Shown here: in pieces, positions 42,396 through 51,300 of the stretch
Numbering within the stretch: position 1 is the first letter of the stretch
How the letters are laid out: each line of letters starts with the position of its first letter
DNA from: an uncultured delta proteobacterium
GTDB lineage: Bacteria; Myxococcota_A; Polyangia; Polyangiales; Polyangiaceae
Direction of reading: 5' to 3'
Assembly (NCBI GenBank): GCA_963841435.1
Contig: CAWJCS010000006.1
Location: 896,001-960,000 of the forward strand
DNA: 64,000 bases
Made by a program: the position numbers and the translations under genes
Notes under the pieces: model-generated
What the model was told of the DNA's origin: nothing
What the model saw: only the letters and a program-made list of their open reading frames with translations
The model's database searches: none

Positions 42396-45300
42396 ATGGA
42401 TCTAGAGCAGCGTCTGAAGCAGCTGACGAGCTACCACGACTGGCAAGGCGTGGTGGAGGCGCTCGAGCAGGGTGTCGCCGCAGCATCCGACTCCGGCACG
42501 AAAGCGGATCTGCACCTTCGCCTCGGTCGCGTCCTGCGCGTGCGGTTTCTCCAAGGTGTGCGCGCGCTCAAGCACTTTCAGGACGCGTACAAGCTGAATC
42601 CCGCGCTGCTCGAAGCGCTCGCGGAGGCCCGCGGGATCTACTGGGATCTCGGCAAGCTCAACATGGTTCAGAAGCTGCTCGAGCTGCAGCTGAAGGGGAC
42701 ACCGGACGGTCCCGTCCGCGCCGCGTTGCAGCGCGAGCTCGGCGACGTGCTGTGCGACCTCGGCGAGTACGACCGGGCGGCTGAGGCGTACGCCAAGGCG
42801 CTGCAGGCAACGAGTGGTGATCCCGGTGACCTGCCGGAGGTCCTGCAAGACGTGCAGGTCGGCGAACGCGAGTGGCAAGATCGCGTCTCGGGGATCTTGA
42901 GCGCGGCTCATGGTTCGAGCGATGCGGCCGAGAAGGCGACGCTGTTCATGCGCGCCTCGCGCCTGGCACGCCGCTTCGCCCCGACCGAGGTCGAGGGGAT
43001 GCTGGCTCAGGCTTACACGGCCAATCCAGCCGACGTGCGCGCCGCGGCAATCTTCGAGGGGTTCCTGACCGAGCAGCAGCGCACCGGCGCGATCCTGGAT
43101 ACGCAAAAAGCCGCCCTCGAAGCGACCAGCGACGAGCAGGAGCGTGCTGCCGCGGCGTATCTCTTCGGCTCGCGCTGGGCCTTGCGTCACCAGAACCTCG
43201 AGGTCGGTGCGGAGCTGGTCGAGAGCTCACTTCGCCTCGACCCGACGCGCGAGGAAGGCTTCACCTTCTTGCGTGACGTGTATGGTGCACGCGGTGGCGA
43301 TTGGGATCGCGTGATCTCGCTCGCGGACGAGCTCGCCGACAGGTCCAATCACGGCACGAACGTGGCGCACCTGCTCGCGCAGGCGGGCCTCATCGCCTGG
43401 AAAGAGCGAGGCGACCTCAACAAGGCGCGGCGCCTATTCGAAAGGCTCGCCGTCGTGGACGGCAAGCAGCCGGCACTGCAGGCGTTCGAAGCGCAGATCG
43501 GCGAATCGCTGCGCGGCGACAAGCCGGCCGAGCCCGCCACCAAGTCGCGCCGCTCCAAGCGCCCACCGAAGGGCGAGGCAAAGAGTGATCCCCAGCCCGA
43601 GGCCGCTTCGGCGCCGGCGGCGGCGGCCGAGCCCGCGCCAGAGGAACCCGTGGAGGCCGCAGCGGCGCCCCCTGACAGGCCGCCGGCCGCCTCGGCGACG
43701 ACTCCTCCCGAGCCGGAGCCTGAGCCCGACGCGCCGAGCCAAGACGACGCCGTGGTCACGGACCTGCGCGCCAAGCTCGCTCAACAGTCGGCCGCCAAGC
43801 GGCACCACGAGTACGTCAAGACCCTGATTGCGCTCGGTGACGCGCTCGCCGATCCGGTGGAGCGCGTCGAGAGCTACCTCGCCGCGGCGGACCTTTATGC
43901 CACCAAGTTCGCGAACCAGGCCGAGGCGGCGCGCGCTTACGAGAAAGTACTCGAAATCGAGCCGACGCAGGAGCAGGCAATCAGCTACCTGCGCGAGGCA
44001 TACGAGAAGCGCCGCGATTGGGAGAAGCTCATTGCGCTGATGGTGCGCGAGGCCGAGACGCTCACCGAGGGCGCGGAGCGCGCGGCCAAGTTCAAGGAGG
44101 TCGCGCTGCTCGCGACCGACAAGGTCAAGAAGCCCGAGGTGTGCATCGACCTCTGGGCGGTGGTGCTGGCCAACGACGCCGAGGACGCAGACGCGCTCAA
44201 CTCGCTCGCGGGCCTCTACGAGCGCGCGCGGGACTACGAAAAGCTCGCCGACGTGCTCACGACGCTCGCGGAGCTCACCTACGACACTGCCCAGAAAGTC
44301 GACGTTTTGAATCGGCTCGGGCAGGTCACGGGCGACCGTCTCAAGGACGACGAACGCGCCGTGGAGGCGTACCGGACGCTGCTCACGTTGCAGCCGGATG
44401 ACCGCCGCGCGCAGGAGCAGCTCAAGAAGCGTTACGTCACGCTCGGACGCTGGGACGACCTCGAGGTTTTCTACGCCGAGAGTGGCAAGTGGGACGAGTT
44501 CATCCGCGTGCTCGAAAGCAACGAGACGCGCGCGACGGACGAAGCTCAGCGCATCAGCATGCTGATGAAGATCGCCGAGCTGTGGTTGACCCAGAAGGGG
44601 AAGATGGATCGTGCCGCTCGTTCCTACGAGAAGGTGCTGAGCCTGGATGCCACGAATCTCGCGGCGGCCGAGCGTCTGATCCCGCTCTACCAGAACGCCA
44701 ACAATCCGAAGGGCCTGAGTCAGGCCATCGAGGTCAAGCTCGGTCACGTTGGAGACGGCGAGGAGCGGCTCGCGCTCCTTCGCGAGGCGGCGACCCTCTA
44801 CGAGACGCGGCTCAACGACAAGGCGAAGGCCTTCGAACGCTACCTCAGCGCGTTTTCGCTCGCGCCTGCCGACCCGCAGAGCCAGGCCGACATGGAACGC
44901 GCCGCCAAGGCCTCCGGCGGCTGGGAAGCGGTGATCGAAGCCTACCGGGCCGCCATCGCGGGCGCCGCCGGCGCACCCGTCGAGAGCGAGCTGAGGCTTC
45001 GGCTCGGTCGTGCGCTCGTCGAAGAGGTTGCTCGGGTCGACGAGGCGCTCGAGGAGTATCGAGCCGTCTACGAGTCCGACCCGGAAAACGAGACGGCGCT
45101 CAGCGCGCTCGAGGGTCTCTATCGACACAGCGAGCGCTGGCGTGACTTGCTCGAGGTCTACGGCAAGAAGCGGGATCTCGCGCGCGACGCCGCCGAGCGC
45201 AAGCGCATCCTCTACGAGATCGCCGGCATCCACGAGCAGCAGCTCGGGGATCTCGAATCGGCGATCGAGACGCACCAGGCCGTCCTCGAAGACGACCCCG

Positions 45301-48300
45301 CCGACGAGGGATCGCTCGCGGCGCTCGACGCGCTCTATCTAAGCGCGAAAAACTGGAGCCAGTACGTTGACGTCCTGAGAAAGCGGATCGACCTGTCCGC
45401 GGACGACCGCTTGCTCATCGACCTCAAACACCGACTCGCCGGAGCTCTGCACGATCACCTCCACGATCCGTCGGGTGCGCTCGAAAACTACCGAGAAATC
45501 CTGTTTTTGGACGCGGATCACGAGGGTGCACGTCTCGCGCTCGAGGCGATGCTCGCCGAGAAGCCCTTGCGTGCCGAGGCTGCCGCCATCCTCGAGGCCA
45601 TCTACGAGGCGCGGGCAGACTGGGACAAGCTGATCGGCGTCCTGGAGATCCTGGCCAAGGAGAGCGACGACCTCGACCGGCGCGTCATGCTGCTTCGCAA
45701 GATTGGCGCCACGGCGGCGACGCAGCTCGGTCGTTCGGATCGAGCCATTGAGGCGCTGGCGCAAGCGGTGCAGGCCGATCCGGCCAACATGGACTCGCGC
45801 GGCGAGCTCGAAGTGCTCGCACAACACGCGGGTGCCTGGGACAGGCTGATCGAGATCTACGCTGCCGTCGCGTCCGAGCTCAGCGACGCCGCGCTGGCGC
45901 GTGACTACTGGCTCCGGCTGGCCTCCATTCAGGAGCAGCTCGAAAAGGTGGTCGACGCCGCGCGCAGCTACGAGCGCGTGCTTTCGCTCGCTCCGGGCGA
46001 TCCGGAGGCGCTGCAGGCGATCGACGCGCTCTACCGGCGCACGGAGCGCTGGGAAGATCTCGTGGGCGTGTTCCGGCGGCGCATCGAGCTCGTCGAGGAC
46101 GCCGGCGAGCGCGAGGCGCTCTACGGCCAAATGGCGCAGGTCTACGAGGACAAGCTCGGCAAGCCCGACGAAGCCATCCAGGCCTACCGTGAGGTGCTGG
46201 CGCTCGATCCGACGAGCCGCGTCGCGCTCGACGCGCTCGACGGCCTGTTCACGCGCCGGTCGAGCTGGGCGGAGCTCGCCGAAAACCTGGAAGTGCAACT
46301 CGGCCTCGCCGAGTCCGACGACGCACAGCTCCGGCTCATGCTGCGCCTCGCCGCGCTCCGGGAACGGGAGATGGGCGATGTCGAGTCCGCCGTCGAGGGC
46401 TACCGCGCCGTCCTCGACCGCGATCCGACGAACGCCGAGGCACTCGGCGCTCTCGAGCGGCTTGCAGGGCAGGAAGCGTACGCGCTCACGATCGCGGAGA
46501 TCCTCGAGCCGCTCTACCGCTCCCACGGCGACCACCAGAAGCTCATCCGCGTTCACGAAGTCCAGGTCCTGCAGACCGAAGACCCGCAGCGCAGGGTGGA
46601 GCTCTTGCACCAGATCGCTGCTCTGCAGGAGGACGCCGGGGGCGATCCCGCTGCGGCCTTCGAGACGATGGCACGTGCCCTCGCCGTCGAGCCGGCGCAC
46701 GCCGATACCCAGCAGGCGCTCGAGCGCCTGGCGCGGGTGACGGGCCGGCTGCTCGACCTCGCGCGCGTGTACGAAGAGCTCGCGGGCAAGCAGGCGGACC
46801 CCGAGCTTGGCAGCCAGCTGTACGCCGCCGCAGCACGAATCTTCGACGAGGACGTGCCCAACGTCGACCGCTCGATCGAGCTCTACCAGCACGTGCTGTC
46901 GATCGACCCCACGAACCTGCAAGCGGCCGAAGCGCTGCAGGCGTTGTTCCAGGGCGCGGAGCGCTACGCCGACATGTCGGTCATCCTGCAGCGCAAGGCG
47001 GGGATGCTCGAAGACGTCGAGGCGCAGAAGGACGCCCTGTACCAGGCCGCTCTTCTCGAGGAAGAGGTGCTGGATCGTTCGCGCGAGGCGATAGCCGTCT
47101 ACCTCAAGGTGCTCGACAGCGACGCGGAGGACATCCGCAGTATCGACGCGCTCATCAAGCTCTACCTTTCGCTCTCCGCCTGGGAGGAGCTGCTCGGCGT
47201 CTACACGAAGAAGGTCGACCTGTTGTTCGACCCCGGCGAAAAGAAGCTCATCCTGTACCAGGTGGGCGCGGTGTTCGAGCGCGAGCTCACCGACGTGCGG
47301 CGCGCCATCGACACCTACCAGCGTGTGCTCGAACTGGACCCCGACGATCTCACGGCCCTGAGCCGGCTCGACGTCCTCTACCAGTCGGCAGAGAACTGGA
47401 ACGAGCTGCTCGGTGTGCTCACGCACGAGGCCGAGCTCACGCAGGATCCGATCGAGGCGGTGAGCTACCAGTACCGCATCGCGGAGCTCTACGAGCGCCA
47501 CCTGAACGACGTCGAACGCGCCGTCGAGCTCTATCGTGAAACCCTGAACATCTTGCCCGATCATGCCCCGACGCTCGCGGCGCTCGAGGGCATCAAGGAC
47601 GGCACGCGCGCGCCGCTCGCGGCCGCATCGGTGCTCGAGCCCGTCTACGAGTCGATCGGCGAGTGGGGCAAGCTCATCAGCGTCCTCGAGGTACAGCAGC
47701 GGGCGACGGACGATCCGTTCGTGCGCGTCGAGCTCCTGCATCGCATCGCGCGGCTCTACGAGGAAAGCCTCGTCGATCCGGTGCATGCGTTCGAGACCTA
47801 CGCGCGCGCCGTCGGGGTCGACAGCCAGAACGAGGACTCTTTGGGCGCGCTCGAGCGGCTCGCCATGCTGATCGAGCGCTGGCCCGCCGTCGCGGCTCTC
47901 TACGACGCCGAGCTCGAGAAGCTCGGCGGCGATCCGACGCTCTTCGTGGACCTCGGTTTGCGCGTGGCGCAGGTGTACGAGGTACAGCTCGAGAACGTCG
48001 ACGCGGCCGTTTCGCGGTATCGCAAGGTGCTCGAGCTCGATCCGGAAAATCAGAGCGCCGTGCGCTCATTGGACAGGCTCTTCACACAGACCGAGCGCTG
48101 GGCGGATCTCGCCGAAATCCTCAAGACCGAAGCGGAGGTTGGGCAGAGCCCCGACGAGATCCTCGAGTTCAAGCACCGGCTCGGTCAGATCTACCAGACC
48201 CGACTCGGCGATCTCGATGGCGCCATCGACGCGTACCGGGAGGTGATCAACGCAGCGCCCGAGCACGACGACACCGTGCGAGCGCTCGAAGCGCTTTTCG

Positions 48301-51300
48301 AGAGCGGCGTCAAGCGCCTCGAGATCGGCCGCATCCTCGAGCCGCTCTATCAGGCGAGCTCCGAGTGGGAAAAGCTCATCCGCGTGCGCGAGGCGGAGCT
48401 TGCGCACACGACGGACCCGGAGGAGCGCATCGGCCTCTATCACAAGATCGCCGAGGACGCGGAAGAGCGTCTGCTCGATCCCGTGCTGGCGTTCAACGTG
48501 CACGTGCGGGCCGTCAGGGAAGCGCCGCTCGACGAGCGGACTGGCGTGGAGATCGAACGCCTCGCCAGCATGCTGGACGGCGGTTGGGAGCCGCTCGCCA
48601 ACGCTTATGCCGACGTGTTGGGCATCGAAGCGCTCGACGCCGCGACGCAGGCCGTCGTCGGCAAGCGCCTGGCGCGCGTGTTCGAGGAAGAGCTGGCTGA
48701 CGTCGCGAAGGCCGAGGAGACCTATCGATACGTTCTCACGATCTCGCCTCAGGAGAGCGAGGCGCTCGGCCATCTCGACCGCATTTACAGCTCGCTCGAG
48801 CAGTGGCCCGAGCTTGCCGGCGTGCTCGAGCAGCGTGCGCTCGTGGCAGACGACACGCTCGAAAAGGTCGAGCTCTACACGCGCCTCGGCCAGGTTTACG
48901 AGGAGCACCTCGGTCAGGTCACCGACGCGGTGCGTGCCTACCGGCGCATCTTCGACGAGCTGGAGCCGGCGAACGCGTTCGCCATCGAGGCACTGTCGCG
49001 CATCTACGTTCAGACGGAGAACTGGCAGGAGCTACAGAAGGTCTACGAGCGAGAGCTCGACAACGCGGCCGGCGACGTCCAGGAAGCGGAGATCCGCGCG
49101 CGGATGGCGCATCTCGCCGCGGAACGGCTCAGCAGCGTCGACACCGCGATCGAGGGGTGGAAGCGCGTCCTCGACCTCCGCGGGGAGGATCCGGAGGCGC
49201 TGGGCGCCCTTGCCGGGCTCTACGAGCAGCAGGGTCAGTGGGCGGAGCTCACCGACGTGCTCGAGCGACATTTCGACATCGCGGAGACCGACGAGGACCG
49301 CGTGCAGGTGCTCGTGCGCCGCGCTCGGCTGTTCGCCGAGCAGCTGAATCGGGACGGCGAGGCCCTCGAGACCTGGCAGCGCGTGCTCGACATCGATTTT
49401 TCCAACGTGGCCGCGCTGCGCGCCGTCGCGAACGTCTGGCGCACGAGGCAAGATCCGAACGAGCTCGTGGCGGCCCTGCACGCGACCATCGATCGCGCCG
49501 CCGCCCTGTTGGAGCCGGAGGAGCTGCGCGAGGTGTACCGCGAGCTCGGGCGAACCTACGGAGGCGTCCTCGAGCAGCCGTTCGAGGCGGCTGAGGCGTG
49601 GCGCCATCTGCTCGACGTCGATGCGGGCGACTTCGAGGCGATGGCGGAGCTCGAGAAGATCTACCGCATGGATCAGCGCTGGCCCGACGTCGTGAACGTC
49701 AAGATGCAGCGCGCCGACGCGCTCGCCGAGCCCGCCGAGAAGATCCGCGAGCTGCTCGAGGTCGGTGAGATCTGGAAGACCGAGGTTCACGACGACGATC
49801 AGGCGACACCGGCGTTCGAGAAGATCCTGTCGGTGGATCCCGGACACACGGACGCGTTCGAAGCGCTCGAGCGCCTGCACAACGCCGCCGAGCGCTGGGA
49901 ACCGCTCATCGAGCTTTACCTGGGTCGCCTCGACAGTCGCGAGACGGTCGAAGAAAAGAGCGACCTCTTGCGTCGCATCGCGCATGTCTTCGAAGAGAAG
50001 CTCTCGGACAAGAACCAGGCCTTCGACGCGCTCGTCAACGCCTTCAGCGAGGACTTCTCGGATGACGAGACGGCGCGCTTCCTCGAGCGCACGGCGCAGG
50101 CGACGGGCCGCTGGAGCGAGCTCATCAACAGCGCCAACGCCTGGCTGCAGGAGCAGGAGGACGGCAAGAAGCGCATCCAGCTCTGCCTTCGCCTTGGCAA
50201 GTGGTACGGCGAGGATCTCGGCCACCCCGAATACGCACAGCCCTACTACCAGCAGATCATGTCGCTGGACCCGAACAACGTTCAGGTCCTGCGGCAGATG
50301 GCCGCGATCCACCGCCTGGGGGCGCAGTGGCAGCGTGTGGGCGAGACGCTCCAGCGCGCGCTCGACGTTGCCGTCGCCAACGATGACCGCAAGATTATCC
50401 TCGTCGATCTCGGCGAGCTGCTCGAAAAGAACATGGGGCAGTCCGACCAGGGGATCGCGTACTACAAGCGCGCTCTCGAGGTCGATTCCCTCTACCTCCC
50501 GGCGCTCACGGCGCTCGAACGGATCTACGACGAGCGCGAGAGCCATTCGGAGCTCGTGCAGATCCTCGCGAGCAAGGTGCAGGCGCTCAGCGACGGGGAG
50601 CAGATCGCGGCCACGAAGCTTCGCATGGCCGGGCTCTACGAGCAGACGCTCAACGAGTTCGAGCGCGCCGGCAAGGTGTACCGTGAGGTGCTCGAGGTCG
50701 ATTCGGGCAACCTCGTCGCACTGCGCGGGCTCGAGCGCGTCAGCGAGCGGCTTCAGGATTGGCCCGAGCTCGTCGGCATCCTCGAGCGCCAGCTCGAGGT
50801 GGTCGAGACCGAACGCGAGCGCGTCGAGGTTCTGCTCAAGCTCGCGCAAATCCAGGAGGAGCACTTCCTCAAGTTCGACCTCGCGGCGCAGCGGCTAGAG
50901 CAGGCCCTCGAGATCTCACCGGCCGAGGAGCGGGCCTACGTCGCGCTCGCGCGCTGCTATCGCCGCCTCAAGCAATGGCTCGATCTCATCAACGCCTACG
51001 AGCGGCACATCAGCGAGGCCGCCAGCGTCGCCACGAAGATCGAGATTTACGCTGCCATCGCGCAGGTCTTCAGCGACGAGGTGGGCGACGTTGACCGCGC
51101 CATCGACGCCTATCGGAGCATCGTCGATCTCGACGAGTCCAACGTCGCGGCGCTCGATGCGTTGAGCAAGCTGTACGAGAAGCAGGGCGACGCAGCGCAG
51201 GCCATCGACGCCATGACGCGCGTCGCGGACCTCACGACGGACGGCTCGCAGCGCGTCGATATGTACTTCCGCATCGGCAAAGCGCTCGACGAGAAGCTCG